From an uncultured Planctomycetia bacterium (GTDB taxonomy: Bacteria; Omnitrophota; Gorgyraeia; VGKN01): 64,000 bases of DNA. The notes under the pieces were generated by a model that was not told the origin of the DNA, made no database searches, and saw only the letters and a program-made list of their open reading frames with translations. A program made the translations under genes and the position numbers. Positions within the stretch are counted from its first letter, which is position 1. Each line of letters opens with the position of its first letter. The stretch is taken from assembly GCA_964506845.1 (NCBI GenBank), contig CAZDNS010000001.1, forward strand, positions 5,618 to 69,617. The letters are read 5' to 3'. Shown in pieces: positions 19,367-29,857 of the stretch.

Positions 19367-20719
19367 ATGGCGAAGAAATTGTGGGGTGGAAGGTTTACTA
19401 AAAAAACAAATCCATCTGTTGAAGAATTTACCAAGTCTATTCAATACGATTATAAACTTGCTAAGTATGATTTGCTCGGTTCTATGGCGCATGTAGAGAT
19501 ATTAAAAAAGAGTGGATATCTAACCCATTATGAATCAGAAAGGCTTCAGAAAGAATTGGACGATATTTATGAACAGGTCGAAAAAAATAATTTTAAACCT
19601 GATAAAAAATGCGAAGATATTCATACTAACATTCAGAATATCCTGGAAAAAAGACTCGGCGCTTTGGCGTTAAAACTCCATACTGCAAGGTCAAGGAACG
19701 ACCAGGTTGTGTTTTCGACAAAATTGTATTGCAAAATGGCTATTTCTAAACTATTGGTTGATATTGCTGCGCTGGATTATGCAATAACAAAACTAGTTGT
19801 AAATAACGCTGATATAATTATTCCGGGCTTTACACACATGCAACATGCTCAACCGGTTTATTTGAAAGATTATCTTGAAGCGTATTCAAAAATGTTAGAA
19901 AGAGATATCGATAGATTGAAACACATTGAAGCAAATATGAAAATAACTTTAGGTGCAGGCGCACTTGCAGGAACACCCATTAATGTAGATACATATAAGA
20001 TGAAGACTTCGGATTTCATAAAGGAAGCAAAATTAGATGAAGCATTTAATATCCAGGCAACTACTAATTCTATAGATTCTGTAAGCGACAGGGATTTTGT
20101 TATTGACATTATAAGCGCACTATCTATCCTCGCTATGCACCTTTCAAGACTGGCAGAGGACCTGATAATCTGGTCTACGAAGGAATTCAATTTTATTGAA
20201 ATAGACGAGGCCTTCTGTACCGGCAGTTCTCTTATGCCGCAGAAGAAGAATCCGGATGTCTTGGAATTGATAAGAGGCTACGCAGGCAGATTATACGGCA
20301 ATTTGGTAAGCGTTTTAACTATGATGAAGGGCCTGCCTTTAACCTACAACAGGGATATGCAGTTAGATAAGGAATCCCTGTTTAATTCCCTTGAAATAGT
20401 ATCTTCCCAATTAAGGGTATTGACAGGGCTGGTAAAAACATTAAAATTCAATAAATCCGTGATAGATGAGCAACTGAAGGATGAGTCATTATATGCTACC
20501 GACATTGTATATTATCTTGTTAAAAAAGGGATGGCATTTAAGGAAGCCCATACCACTGTAGGTAAACTAATCAGATATTCCATTGAGAATTCTATAAAGA
20601 TAAAAAATATGCCGGAATCTCTTCTTAAGAAATTTTCAAAAAAATTTACCAGAGGCGAGATATTAAAGTTATTCGACCCGGTTGTTTCGGTGAAATCAAA
20701 AAAATCTATTAAAAGATAA
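19367..20719 (+). CDS. argH: argininosuccinate lyase
   Basis: Fumarate-lyase family signature region GSSLMPQKKNPD. Confidence 0.9.
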   Translation: MAKKLWGGRFTKKTNPSVEEFTKSIQYDYKLAKYDLLGSMAHVEILKKSGYLTHYESERLQKELDDIYEQVEKNNFKPDKKCEDIHTNIQNILEKRLGALALKLHTARSRNDQVVFSTKLYCKMAISKLLVDIAALDYAITKLVVNNADIIIPGFTHMQHAQPVYLKDYLEAYSKMLERDIDRLKHIEANMKITLGAGALAGTPINVDTYKMKTSDFIKEAKLDEAFNIQATTNSIDSVSDRDFVIDIISALSILAMHLSRLAEDLIIWSTKEFNFIEIDEAFCTGSSLMPQKKNPDVLELIRGYAGRLYGNLVSVLTMMKGLPLTYNRDMQLDKESLFNSLEIVSSQLRVLTGLVKTLKFNKSVIDEQLKDESLYATDIVYYLVKKGMAFKEAHTTVGKLIRYSIENSIKIKNMPESLLKKFSKKFTRGEILKLFDPVVSVKSKKSIKR

Positions 20720-20720
20720 A

Positions 20721-21989
20721 ATGCACGAATTTAAATATAAAAGAAATCAATTATATTGTGAAAATATAAAGGCCTTAGACTTATCCGGGCGTTTCGGAAC
20801 ACCTCTTTATGTGTATAGCTATAAGACTCTTATAGACCATTTTCTTAAATTAAAAGCAGCCTTTAGAGAAATTAATCCCATTATATGTTATTCGGTTAAG
20901 GCAAATTCCAATCTGGCTATTCTAAGGGCGCTTGTAGCTAAAGGCGCGGGCCTTGATATAGTTTCAGGCGGAGAGCTATTCCGCGCGATGAGGGTTGGTT
21001 GCCCGGCAAATAAAATTGTTTACGCCTCTGTAGGCAAAACCGAGACGGAGATAGAGACCGCTATAAAAATAGGCGTACGTTTTTTTAACGTGGAATCCCT
21101 GCAGGAATTGGAAAATATAAACCGTATAGCAGCGAGACTAAACCGAACGGCAAATGCGGCGATACGTATAAATCCGGACATAGAACCCAAAACTCACAAA
21201 TTCATTACCACGGGGAAACTGACCAACAAATTCGGGATTGATTTTAAAAGCGCCGGCGATATTCTCCTTAAGCGCGAAAAAATCCCCAACCTTTCAATTA
21301 AGGGGTTGCATATCCACATCGGCTCGCAGATTACCGAAAGCACCCCGTTTATAGCGGCGATTTCGCGGATACTCTCATTTATAAAAAAATTGAAAAAAAA
21401 TTCAATTGATATAAAATACTTGAATATCGGCGGCGGGCTTGGAATAGTATATGATAGGGAAACGCCCCAGACTGCCGATGAATTTGCCAAAAAGATATTG
21501 CCTTTACTAAAAGATACGAACCTGAAAATAATAATAGAGCCCGGAAGGTTTATTGTGGGAAATGCCGGAATACTGGTTACAAAGGTCTTGTATGTTAAAA
21601 ATACCCCTAAAAAGAAATTCATTATTGTTGACGCAGGAATGAACGACCTGATTAGGCCTTCTCTTTATGGCGCTTACCACAATATACTTCCCTTAACGAG
21701 AAATGGGCAACGAGAAATGGGCAACGAGAAATACGATGTAGTAGGTCCTATCTGTGAAAGTGGCGATTTCTTTGCCAAGGATAGAACCTTACCTGTAATT
21801 AAAAAAGAGGACTATCTTGCAATAATGGGTGCCGGCGCCTACGGATTTAGTATGTCCTCCAATTATAATTCAAGGCTAAGGGTAGAAGAGGTTATGGTGT
21901 TTGGTAATAATGCCTACTCAATTCGAAAAAGAGAAAGCTATAAGGATTTGATTCGAGGAGAAACCATACCACCTGTTTTAAAACCTTAA
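20721..21989 (+). CDS. lysA: diaminopimelate decarboxylase
   Basis: Fold-III PLP decarboxylase. YSVKAN and GPICESGD motifs. Confidence 0.85.
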   Translation: MHEFKYKRNQLYCENIKALDLSGRFGTPLYVYSYKTLIDHFLKLKAAFREINPIICYSVKANSNLAILRALVAKGAGLDIVSGGELFRAMRVGCPANKIVYASVGKTETEIETAIKIGVRFFNVESLQELENINRIAARLNRTANAAIRINPDIEPKTHKFITTGKLTNKFGIDFKSAGDILLKREKIPNLSIKGLHIHIGSQITESTPFIAAISRILSFIKKLKKNSIDIKYLNIGGGLGIVYDRETPQTADEFAKKILPLLKDTNLKIIIEPGRFIVGNAGILVTKVLYVKNTPKKKFIIVDAGMNDLIRPSLYGAYHNILPLTRNGQREMGNEKYDVVGPICESGDFFAKDRTLPVIKKEDYLAIMGAGAYGFSMSSNYNSRLRVEEVMVFGNNAYSIRKRESYKDLIRGETIPPVLKP

Positions 21990-21991
21990 AG

Positions 21992-22864
21992 ATGAATAAA
22001 ATAACTTTTGTTAAAACTGTTGCTTCTGGAAATGATTTTGTGATAGTAGAAAATTTACAAAAGGACTCGTATAACCTGCCAGGACTTGCAAGGGAAATCT
22101 GTAACCGAAAATTTGGCATAGGTGCAGATGGTCTGCTTATATTGAAAAAATCAAAAAAGGCAGATATAAGGATGCGCATATTTAACGCTGATGGCTCTGA
22201 GGCCCAGATGTGCGGAAACGGCGCTAGGTGTACCGCTCTATATATGAATAAAAGAAACGTTAAAATAGAGACAGGTGCAGGAATGATTGAATCCATAGTA
22301 AATGGCGATAACGTGAGAATAAAACTAACGGAGCCAAAAAACTTAAAGGTAGATATGCCCATAAAGATTAATGACAGAACTTTGCATATAAACTTTATCG
22401 ATACGGGCGTCCCGCATACCGTAATATTTGTAAAAGACATAGATAAAATTGATGTATTTGGTATAGGTAAGAGGATTAGATGCCACAAAAGGTTTAAACC
22501 CCGCGGGACAAATGTGGACTTTGTAGAAATACTGAATGACAACTCCATAAAAATCAGAACCTACGAAAGGGGCGTAGAGGATGAAACACTTGCCTGCGGA
22601 ACTGGAGCAGTGGCTGCCGCGTTAGTTGCAAATAGCAAATGGTCCCGAATGCAGTTATTCAAAGAGGTTACACTTCGGGATCCCGAAGCTAAGCAGAAGC
22701 AGTCGCTACATTCGGGACAAATTACAAGTTACGAAAAAATAAACGTCTATACAAAGACTGGCGAATTGCTAAAAGTATGTTTTGAAAAAATGTATAATAA
22801 ATTTACTAACGTCTGGCTGGAAGGAAAGGCAAAAATCGTCTACAAAGGAGCGTATTATGTTTAA
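21992..22864 (+). CDS. dapF: diaminopimelate epimerase
   Basis: ASGNDFVIV N-terminal motif and catalytic CGNGARC. Confidence 0.85.
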   Translation: MNKITFVKTVASGNDFVIVENLQKDSYNLPGLAREICNRKFGIGADGLLILKKSKKADIRMRIFNADGSEAQMCGNGARCTALYMNKRNVKIETGAGMIESIVNGDNVRIKLTEPKNLKVDMPIKINDRTLHINFIDTGVPHTVIFVKDIDKIDVFGIGKRIRCHKRFKPRGTNVDFVEILNDNSIKIRTYERGVEDETLACGTGAVAAALVANSKWSRMQLFKEVTLRDPEAKQKQSLHSGQITSYEKINVYTKTGELLKVCFEKMYNKFTNVWLEGKAKIVYKGAYYV

Positions 22865-23732
22865 GGGTTCTATTGTCGCCTTGGTCACACCCTTTAAAAA
22901 TCATAAAGTGGATGAAAAAAAACTTAGGGAGTTGATTTCATGGCATATCAAGGAAGGCACTGACGGAATTGTACCGTGCGGAACCACTGGAGAATCCGCA
23001 ACCCTTTCCTGGGCAGAACACGAGAGAGTGGTTGAAATAGCGGTGGAGATTGCCAAGAAAAAAATCCCGATTATAGCCGGAACCGGTTCAAATTCAACCG
23101 AGGAGGCTATAATGCTTACAAAACATGCAGAAAAAATCGGAGCCGATGGCTCGCTTCAGGTTTCGCCCTATTATAACCGGCCCACGCAAAAGGGTCTTTA
23201 TCTCCATTTCAAGGCAATTGCCGAGGCTGTAGATATACCTATAATCCTCTATAATATTGCCTCGCGCACGGGCGTAAACATAGAGCCAGAGACTATTGCA
23301 AAGTTGGCTTATGAATGCAAAAATATTGTGGGAGTAAAAGAGGCGTCAGGAAATCTTGACCAGATGAGCAGGATAAAAGCCATGTGTCCGGAGAATTTTA
23401 TACTTCTTTCCGGAGACGACAGCCTCACCTTGCCAATTATGGCTTTAGGCGGAAAGGGCATTATCTCAGTTGTGGCTAATATAGTCCCCAGGGATGTTAA
23501 GAATATGGTCTTGGCATTCGAGAAGGGCAATATCAAAGAGGCGCAGAGGCTGCATTATAAACTGCTATCTCTGATAAAGGCTATGTTTATCGAAACAAAT
23601 CCTATCCCTGTAAAAACAGCGATGGGTATTTTAAAATTATGCGACCCGCATCTTAGGCTTCCGCTATGCTCAATGAGCGAAGAAAATCTTGAGAAATTGA
23701 AAAAGGCTCTGAAGGAATACAGGTTAATCTGA
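22857..23732 (+). CDS. dapA: 4-hydroxy-tetrahydrodipicolinate synthase
   Basis: MFKGSIVALVTPF start after AAAGGAG. CGTTGES motif. The track ORF starts earlier at 22782. Confidence 0.85.
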   Translation: MFKGSIVALVTPFKNHKVDEKKLRELISWHIKEGTDGIVPCGTTGESATLSWAEHERVVEIAVEIAKKKIPIIAGTGSNSTEEAIMLTKHAEKIGADGSLQVSPYYNRPTQKGLYLHFKAIAEAVDIPIILYNIASRTGVNIEPETIAKLAYECKNIVGVKEASGNLDQMSRIKAMCPENFILLSGDDSLTLPIMALGGKGIISVVANIVPRDVKNMVLAFEKGNIKEAQRLHYKLLSLIKAMFIETNPIPVKTAMGILKLCDPHLRLPLCSMSEENLEKLKKALKEYRLI

Positions 23733-23755
23733 TTCTAAATATCGAGGGGGAATTT

Positions 23756-24475
23756 TTGATAAAACTGGCTATCAGCGGTTGTTGCGGCAGGATGGGTCTA
23801 AGAATTGCAGGGTTGGCCTTCCAAGACAAATCCTTTGCCGTAAATGTGCTTATAGAGAAAAAGGGGCATCCTAAAATAGGAACCCTTTGGGAGGGAATTC
23901 CTATTACCGACAACCCCAATGAAATAAGAAACGGAGACTGCCTTATTGAATTTACCTTTCCCGAGGTAACCCTTGCGCACCTTGAGATTGCACTAAAATA
24001 TGGAAAGGCAGTAGTTATAGGCACAACCGGTTTAACAGAGGAGCAAAAAGGGATTATAAAGTCTGCTTCTCGACAAATACCTATTGTCTTATCTCCAAAT
24101 ATGTCTGTGGGGGTGAATCTGCTATTTAAACTTGTCAAAGAGGCAACTTGTGCCTTAAAGGCCTACAGGGTAAATATAGTTGAGGCGCATCATATACATA
24201 AAAAAGATGCACCCTCGGGGACAGCAAAGCGAATAGCAGAGATAGTTAAAAAGATATCCCAAGATGAAGTCGCTGACATAAAATCAATAAGGGAAGATGA
24301 GATAGTGGGAGATCATGAGGTTATATTCGACAGTTCCTTAGATACTATAAAGCTAAGTCATTCTGCAAAAACCAGGGATATCTTTGCCGAAGGCGCTCTT
24401 TGCGCTGCAAAATGGCTCATAAAAAAGAAAAGCGGCCTTTTTGATATGCAGGATGTCGTAGAGGGAGGTTTTTAG
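23756..24475 (+). CDS. dapB: 4-hydroxy-tetrahydrodipicolinate reductase
   Basis: TTG start after GAGGGGG. GCCGRMG NAD motif and EAHHIHKKDAPSGTA catalytic region. Confidence 0.8.
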   Translation: MIKLAISGCCGRMGLRIAGLAFQDKSFAVNVLIEKKGHPKIGTLWEGIPITDNPNEIRNGDCLIEFTFPEVTLAHLEIALKYGKAVVIGTTGLTEEQKGIIKSASRQIPIVLSPNMSVGVNLLFKLVKEATCALKAYRVNIVEAHHIHKKDAPSGTAKRIAEIVKKISQDEVADIKSIREDEIVGDHEVIFDSSLDTIKLSHSAKTRDIFAEGALCAAKWLIKKKSGLFDMQDVVEGGF

Positions 24476-24479
24476 ACAT

Positions 24480-25010
24480 ATGAATAAACCCATTTTAATT
24501 ATTGTTTGTTTTAGCCTTGCATTACTTTTAACAGGGGAGGTGAGCGTTATGGCCTTAGAGTTAAAATGCGACTCATTTGAAGCAAATGAGGAAATCCCTT
24601 TAAAGCACTCATATAATGATGAGAATCTCTCTCCGGGCTTAAGCTGGTATGATGTGCCGCCAGGGGCAAGGAGTTTTGTCCTAATCTGCGATGATCCAGA
24701 CGCGCCTATTAAGACATTCGTTCACTGGGTCATATTCAACATCCCAAAGGATACAAGAGAACTAAAAGAAGGTATACCTGAACAGGAAATTTTAGATGAC
24801 GGTGCAATACAGGGAACGAACGACTTTGGCCAGATAGGCTACGCTGGGCCTGCTCCGCCGCCAGGATCTAGTCACAGGTATGTATTTAAGCTCTACGCGG
24901 TGGATACCACTCTTAACCTAAAACCAAGGGCAACAAAAAACCAGGTTTTAAAGGCGATGGAGGGACATATCCTTGCTGAAGCGAAATTTATCGGAAGATT
25001 CGGAAGATAA
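24480..25010 (+). CDS. YbhB/YbcL-family (PEBP / Raf kinase inhibitor-like) secreted protein
   Basis: Signal peptide, 176 aa, PEBP signature HWVIFNIP and GYAGPAPPPGSSHRY. Confidence 0.7.
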   Translation: MNKPILIIVCFSLALLLTGEVSVMALELKCDSFEANEEIPLKHSYNDENLSPGLSWYDVPPGARSFVLICDDPDAPIKTFVHWVIFNIPKDTRELKEGIPEQEILDDGAIQGTNDFGQIGYAGPAPPPGSSHRYVFKLYAVDTTLNLKPRATKNQVLKAMEGHILAEAKFIGRFGR

Positions 25011-25019
25011 CCTAAAGAA

Positions 25020-26183
25020 ATGAATATTGATTTGTCCGAGAGATTAAAAAAAATACCGCCGTATCTCTTTGTTGAAATAGACAGGATAAAAAGGAAATTG
25101 AAAGAGGATGGCAGGGACATAATTGACTTAGGTATTGGCGACCCCGACCAACCAACTCCACAGTTTATTATTGCCAGCCTTAATGAGGCGGCATCTGACT
25201 CCTCAAATCATAGATATGCCCTGGATACCGGAATGCAGGCTTTCAGGGAGGCGATTTCAGCCTGGTACGCCAATAGGTTTAAAGTCATTTTAGACCCAGA
25301 GACAGAAATTCTGCCCTTGATCGGCTCAAAGGAAGGAATAGCGCATTTTCCCCTTGCTATTTTAAACAGGGGTGATTATGCTCTCCTGCCAGAGCCCTGT
25401 TATCCGCCGTATAAGGGAGGCACTATATTAGCAGACGGAAAGATATATCCTTTGCCCCTTTTAGCAAAAAATGATTTTCTTCCTGACTTAAAAAGAATAC
25501 AACCGTCTGTCCTGAAAAAGGCAAAGCTGATTTTTGTAAATTACCCTAATAACCCTACCTCCGCGGTTGCAACAGACGAATTCTACAAAGAGCTGATTCA
25601 GTTTGCGCTCAGGAATAACATAATAGCTGTCTCTGACCTGGCTTATTCCGAAATTACGTTTGAGGGTTATAGGCCAAGAAGCCTTCTTGAATTTGACGGC
25701 GCCAGGGAGTGCGTTATCGAGTTTCATTCCCTATCCAAAACCTACAATATGACGGGATGGCGCAGCGGCTGGGCATGCGGAAACAGTAGTCTAGTAGGTT
25801 TACTCGGAAAGGTAAAATCTAATATTGACTCAGGTATATTTCAGGCTATACAGATAGCAAGCATAGCAGCGCTTAAAAGCGACACAGCGCATATAAATTC
25901 AATGTGTAGCCTGTATCAGGAGCGCCGGGATATTTTAATTAAGGGGCTTAAATCCATAGGATTAAGGCCTAACATACCAAAGGCTACCTTTTATGTCTGG
26001 ACAAAGGTTCCAAGAGGTAAGGATTCCTCAGGTTTTGCCAGATTGCTGCTGGAAGAGGCGAGCATAGTGGTAACCCCTGGGGTAGGCTTCGGCAAAAGTG
26101 GAGAGGGTTATATACGCATGGCTTTGACTATCCCGAAAGAAAGAATTCTGGAGGCAATAGAAAGACTACGAAAGATAATCTGA
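25020..26183 (+). CDS. class-I aminotransferase, probably LL-diaminopimelate aminotransferase (DapL-type)
   Basis: N-terminus IPPYLFVEIDRIKRK...IIDLGIGDPDQPTP resembles DapL. PLP Lys region SLSKTYNMTGWR. Sits next to dapF/dapA/dapB/lysA. Confidence 0.6.
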   Translation: MNIDLSERLKKIPPYLFVEIDRIKRKLKEDGRDIIDLGIGDPDQPTPQFIIASLNEAASDSSNHRYALDTGMQAFREAISAWYANRFKVILDPETEILPLIGSKEGIAHFPLAILNRGDYALLPEPCYPPYKGGTILADGKIYPLPLLAKNDFLPDLKRIQPSVLKKAKLIFVNYPNNPTSAVATDEFYKELIQFALRNNIIAVSDLAYSEITFEGYRPRSLLEFDGARECVIEFHSLSKTYNMTGWRSGWACGNSSLVGLLGKVKSNIDSGIFQAIQIASIAALKSDTAHINSMCSLYQERRDILIKGLKSIGLRPNIPKATFYVWTKVPRGKDSSGFARLLLEEASIVVTPGVGFGKSGEGYIRMALTIPKERILEAIERLRKII

Positions 26184-26206
26184 TAACTCAGGTCAATTAA
26201 ATAGTA

Positions 26207-26623
26207 ATGGGAGGGGTAAATAAAAAGGTATTGGTTTTTCTGGGAATAGGCTCTAACCTGGGAAACAGGTTTAATAATATAAAAAAAGCAATCTATCTGC
26301 TTAAAGAGACACCCTGTATAAGATTTAGAAAACTATCGAGGTTATATGAGACTGCCCCTGACGGCGGACCGCGGCAGAGGAACTTTATAAATGGCGCGAT
26401 AAAGATAGAGACGCAGCTTTCACCCTTAAAACTCCTTGAACGTTTAAAGCAAATAGAGCGTATTCTGGGCAGAAAAAAAACGCTTAAGAATGGACCAAGG
26501 TCCATAGACCTTGATATTCTATTCTACGGAACTCGGATAATTAACATTAAAAAACTAAGAATCCCGCATCCCCGTATGTTTGAAAGGGAATTTGTCCTAA
26601 AGCCCTTGCGAGAAATAATATGA
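26207..26623 (+). CDS. folK: 2-amino-4-hydroxy-6-hydroxymethyldihydropteridine pyrophosphokinase
   Basis: 138 aa. HPPK motifs GSNLGN and RSIDLDILFYG, PHPRMxER. Confidence 0.8.
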   Translation: MGGVNKKVLVFLGIGSNLGNRFNNIKKAIYLLKETPCIRFRKLSRLYETAPDGGPRQRNFINGAIKIETQLSPLKLLERLKQIERILGRKKTLKNGPRSIDLDILFYGTRIINIKKLRIPHPRMFEREFVLKPLREII

Positions 26624-27465
26624 TAATAATTAAAGATATGCGCCGGATGGCTGAATGGGTAAAGTCTCAGAAAAAGAAAGGCGGGAAAATAGGCTTTGTC
26701 CCTACAATGGGTTATTTACACGAAGGCCATCTCTCACTTTTTCGAAAAGCAAAACAGGAGTGCAGCGCAGTAGTAATGAGTATATTTGTGAATCCCATCC
26801 AGTTTGGGCCTAAGGAAGATTTTAAAAAGTATCCCAGAGATTTAAAAAGGGATATAAAATTAGCAAGCTCAGCCGGGGTAGATGTGTTCTTTTATCCGCA
26901 GACCCGTATTATGTATCCCGTTGATTTTCTTACCTACGTAAATGTGGATAAGCTTACGGATACACTCTGCGGAAGGTCTCGTCCGGGTCATTTCAAGGGG
27001 GTCACGACCGTAGTTGCAAAACTATTTAACATTGTTCAACCGGACATTGCTTATTTCGGCCAGAAGGATAGCCAGCAGGCAGTTGTCATAAAACAGATGG
27101 TAAGGGATTTGAATTTTCCTCTCAAAGTTAAGGTTATGCCTATAGTCAGAGAAAAAGACGGGCTGGCTATGAGTTCAAGAAACGCCTACCTTTCCGAGTC
27201 CGAAAGGCGCGATGCCCTTATTATCTATCAGGCGCTAAAATCGGCTAAAAGATTAATTTTATCTGGAGAATTGGATATAAATATGGTAAAATCTCATATC
27301 AAAAATTTGCTTAGAAAAAAAAGGTTAATGCGAATAGACTATATTGAGATACTAAACGCGGAAAATCTCAAAACCCTGGACAGGGCCTGCGGGAAGGTTC
27401 TTATTGCCATTGCGGCATTCGCTGGAAAAACAAGACTCATAGATAATATTACTCTAAGGGTATAA
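26620..27465 (+). CDS. panC: pantoate--beta-alanine ligase
   Basis: VPTMGYLHEGHLSL HIGH-type motif. Confidence 0.9.
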   Translation: MIIIKDMRRMAEWVKSQKKKGGKIGFVPTMGYLHEGHLSLFRKAKQECSAVVMSIFVNPIQFGPKEDFKKYPRDLKRDIKLASSAGVDVFFYPQTRIMYPVDFLTYVNVDKLTDTLCGRSRPGHFKGVTTVVAKLFNIVQPDIAYFGQKDSQQAVVIKQMVRDLNFPLKVKVMPIVREKDGLAMSSRNAYLSESERRDALIIYQALKSAKRLILSGELDINMVKSHIKNLLRKKRLMRIDYIEILNAENLKTLDRACGKVLIAIAAFAGKTRLIDNITLRV

Positions 27466-27466
27466 T

Positions 27467-27817
27467 ATGTTAAGGATAATCTGCAAATCAAAGATACATA
27501 ATGCCACTGTTACGGATGCTAATCTGAAATACACCGGCTCTATAACCATAGACAAAAAACTCCTAAAAGAAGCGGACATATTAGAATGGGAAAGGGTGCA
27601 GATAGTAAACCTTAATAACGGTTCCAGGGTTGAAACCTATGTTATGGCGGGCAAGGAGAATTCCGGCACTATCTGTATGAACGGCGCGGCTGCCAGATGG
27701 GCACAGGTAGGAGACAATGTTATAATCATTTCATATTGTATGGCCGAAAAAAAAGAGATTAAAAAATTCAAACCCAAAATAGTTTTTGTTGATAAAAAAA
27801 ACAGGATTACAAAATGA
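27467..27817 (+). CDS. panD: aspartate 1-decarboxylase
   Basis: 116 aa, MLRIICKSKIHNATVTDANLKYTGSITID (self-cleaving G-S site). Confidence 0.9.
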   Translation: MLRIICKSKIHNATVTDANLKYTGSITIDKKLLKEADILEWERVQIVNLNNGSRVETYVMAGKENSGTICMNGAAARWAQVGDNVIIISYCMAEKKEIKKFKPKIVFVDKKNRITK

Positions 27818-28785
27818 TAGTAAAAGAGGATAAAGAAAGAAAATATAGAGCGGAAATAAAGAGGAAAATAGCCATCCTAAAGAAAAACCGCGATGCCGTT
27901 ATCATAGTGCATAATTATCAGCGGGATGAAATCCAGGATATCGCCGATATAAGCGGGGATTCGCTCGCCCTTTCGCAGGCGGCTGTTAGGACAGATGCCA
28001 GGGTTATAGTATTCTGCGGCGTTCATTTTATGGCGGAAAGCGCCTCTATCCTAAACCCGGATAAAACCGTTCTCTTGCCTGTGGCTGAAGCAGGATGCCC
28101 TATGGCAGATATGATTACGCCGGAAAAACTGCACGCCAAAAAATCAGAATATCCGGATGCGGCTGTAGTCTGCTACGTAAACTCCTCCGCACAGGTAAAA
28201 GCCGAAAGCGATATCTGCTGCACCTCCAGCAATGCAATAGAGATAGTAAGGTCGCTTAATAACAAGAGGATAATATTTGTCCCGGATAAAAACCTTGCCA
28301 GATACGTACAGTCGCAGATTCCCGAAAAAGAGATAATTCCCTGGAATGGCTTCTGCCCCACCCATATAAGGCTCCAGGAAGAGGATGTTTTGAATACCAA
28401 ACGGCTCCATCCGGAAGCGGAGTTCATTGCCCATCCTGAATGTCAACCCGAGGTCCTTTTGCTGGCTGACCATATATGTTCCACGGGGGGTATGTTCACC
28501 TATGTAAAAAAATCTCCCAAAAAAGAGTTTATAATAGGGACAGAGAGCGGTATGCTTTATAAACTAAAAAAGGAAAATCCGCAAAAGAAATTTTATCTTC
28601 CCACGGCTCATCTCATATGCCCGAGTATGAAGTTAACCACCCTTGGCTGGGTGGCGCATTCTCTGGAGTATATGGTAAACGAGGTAAGGGTAAATGATAC
28701 GATAAGGCATAAAGCAAAGCGCTCCCTGGGCAGGATGCTTGAAATATCGGGCGAAAAAAAATGGATGGCAGTCAGCGGATATTAG
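27814..28785 (+). CDS. nadA: quinolinate synthase
   Basis: NadA N-terminal VHNYQRDEIQDIAD and a three-fold repeat with conserved Cys. Confidence 0.85.
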   Translation: MIVKEDKERKYRAEIKRKIAILKKNRDAVIIVHNYQRDEIQDIADISGDSLALSQAAVRTDARVIVFCGVHFMAESASILNPDKTVLLPVAEAGCPMADMITPEKLHAKKSEYPDAAVVCYVNSSAQVKAESDICCTSSNAIEIVRSLNNKRIIFVPDKNLARYVQSQIPEKEIIPWNGFCPTHIRLQEEDVLNTKRLHPEAEFIAHPECQPEVLLLADHICSTGGMFTYVKKSPKKEFIIGTESGMLYKLKKENPQKKFYLPTAHLICPSMKLTTLGWVAHSLEYMVNEVRVNDTIRHKAKRSLGRMLEISGEKKWMAVSGY

Positions 28786-29609
28786 ACCAGAGAATAAAAA
28801 AAATAAAGGTGGGGCTTGTAGGATGCGGTGCTATTGGAAGGGTAATTGCTCAATACATACGAACCCGCTTTGCTGATAAAGCTGTATTATACGCAATAAC
28901 CGAGCCCGACATAAGTAAAATAAGGGTATTAAAGAAACAACTTAAGAGAAGATTAAGGGTTTTAGACATAGATACCCTGATAAAAAAGTCTGACCTTGTA
29001 ATAGAGGCGGCTAACCCGTATGTAGCAAGAGAGGTCGTAAATAAAACCCTGCATTTTAAAAAGGATGCTATGATTTTAAGCAGTGGTGGGCTCATAAATG
29101 AGTATAAAAATTTTTTTGCCAAGGCTGAGAAAAACAGATGCAGACTCTTTGTCCCGAGCGGTGCCTTAAGCGGCGTTGATGCGCTTAAAGCTGCCTCATT
29201 CGGGAAAATTAAAAGGATTGTCCTTACATCCAGAAAACCAGTTAAAGCGTTATTGGACGCACCTTATGTAGTAAAGAAACATCTGAATCTAAAAGGCATA
29301 AGGGGAGAAAAGATAATCTTTGAGGGTTCTGTAAGAGAGGCTGTAAAGGGTTTTCCTAAGAACATAAACGTATCTGCCACGGTAAACCTGTCAAGCCTTG
29401 CAGGAAAAAACATAGTCATAAGGATAGTCACCTCTCCCAGATACAGGCTAAACAGTCATGAGCTTACGGTAGAAGGAGATTTTGGAAAGGTATCAAGCAG
29501 GGTTGAAAGCAAACCTTGTAAGGATAACCCTAAAACATCCCAAATAGCCGTCTTATCCGTCCTGGCGACACTCAGGGATATTTTAGGTTATATAAGGGTG
29601 GGAACATAA
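28761..29609 (+). CDS. nadX: L-aspartate dehydrogenase (NadX-type)
   Basis: [10 protein letters not shown] Rossmann start, ~280 aa. Directly follows nadA. Confidence 0.55.
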   Translation: MDGSQRILDQRIKKIKVGLVGCGAIGRVIAQYIRTRFADKAVLYAITEPDISKIRVLKKQLKRRLRVLDIDTLIKKSDLVIEAANPYVAREVVNKTLHFKKDAMILSSGGLINEYKNFFAKAEKNRCRLFVPSGALSGVDALKAASFGKIKRIVLTSRKPVKALLDAPYVVKKHLNLKGIRGEKIIFEGSVREAVKGFPKNINVSATVNLSSLAGKNIVIRIVTSPRYRLNSHELTVEGDFGKVSSRVESKPCKDNPKTSQIAVLSVLATLRDILGYIRVGT

Positions 29610-29809
29610 TGAAGGAATGTATAAATCTTAAAAAGAATATACAGGGGTGTAACTGCACATACGAGCTATGCGAAAGAAAAGGAAGATGCTGCGAATGTTT
29701 ATCCTATCACAGGGTGAGGGAAGAATTTCCGGCTTGTTTCTTTCCGGCTCGATACGAAAAAACCTATGACAGGTCGCTTAATAATTTGCTTCTGGCTTAC
29801 GGACGTTAG
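29609..29809 (+). CDS. small Cys-rich hypothetical protein
   Basis: 66 aa with CNC..C..CCEC cluster. Translationally coupled to nadX. Confidence 0.3.
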   Translation: MKECINLKKNIQGCNCTYELCERKGRCCECLSYHRVREEFPACFFPARYEKTYDRSLNNLLLAYGR

Positions 29810-29857
29810 GACTTAAGGGATTTTAAAAAATTCAAATGAAACCCAGACTTATGGAAC

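Noticed and set aside
21696-21737. 14-nt unit acgagaaatgggca repeated ~2.9 times inside lysA
   Set aside because: It is a short microsatellite-like repeat within a variable loop preceding the VVGPICESGD motif. The reading frame and flanking conserved motifs are intact. It was noted only as a minor slippage repeat.
22782-22856. Track start of the dapA ORF at 22782, overlapping dapF by 83 nt
   Set aside because: The ATG at 22857 preceded by AAAGGAG gives the canonical DapA N-terminus (MFKGSIVALVTPF). The longer version is a read-through of the dapF C-terminal region in another frame.
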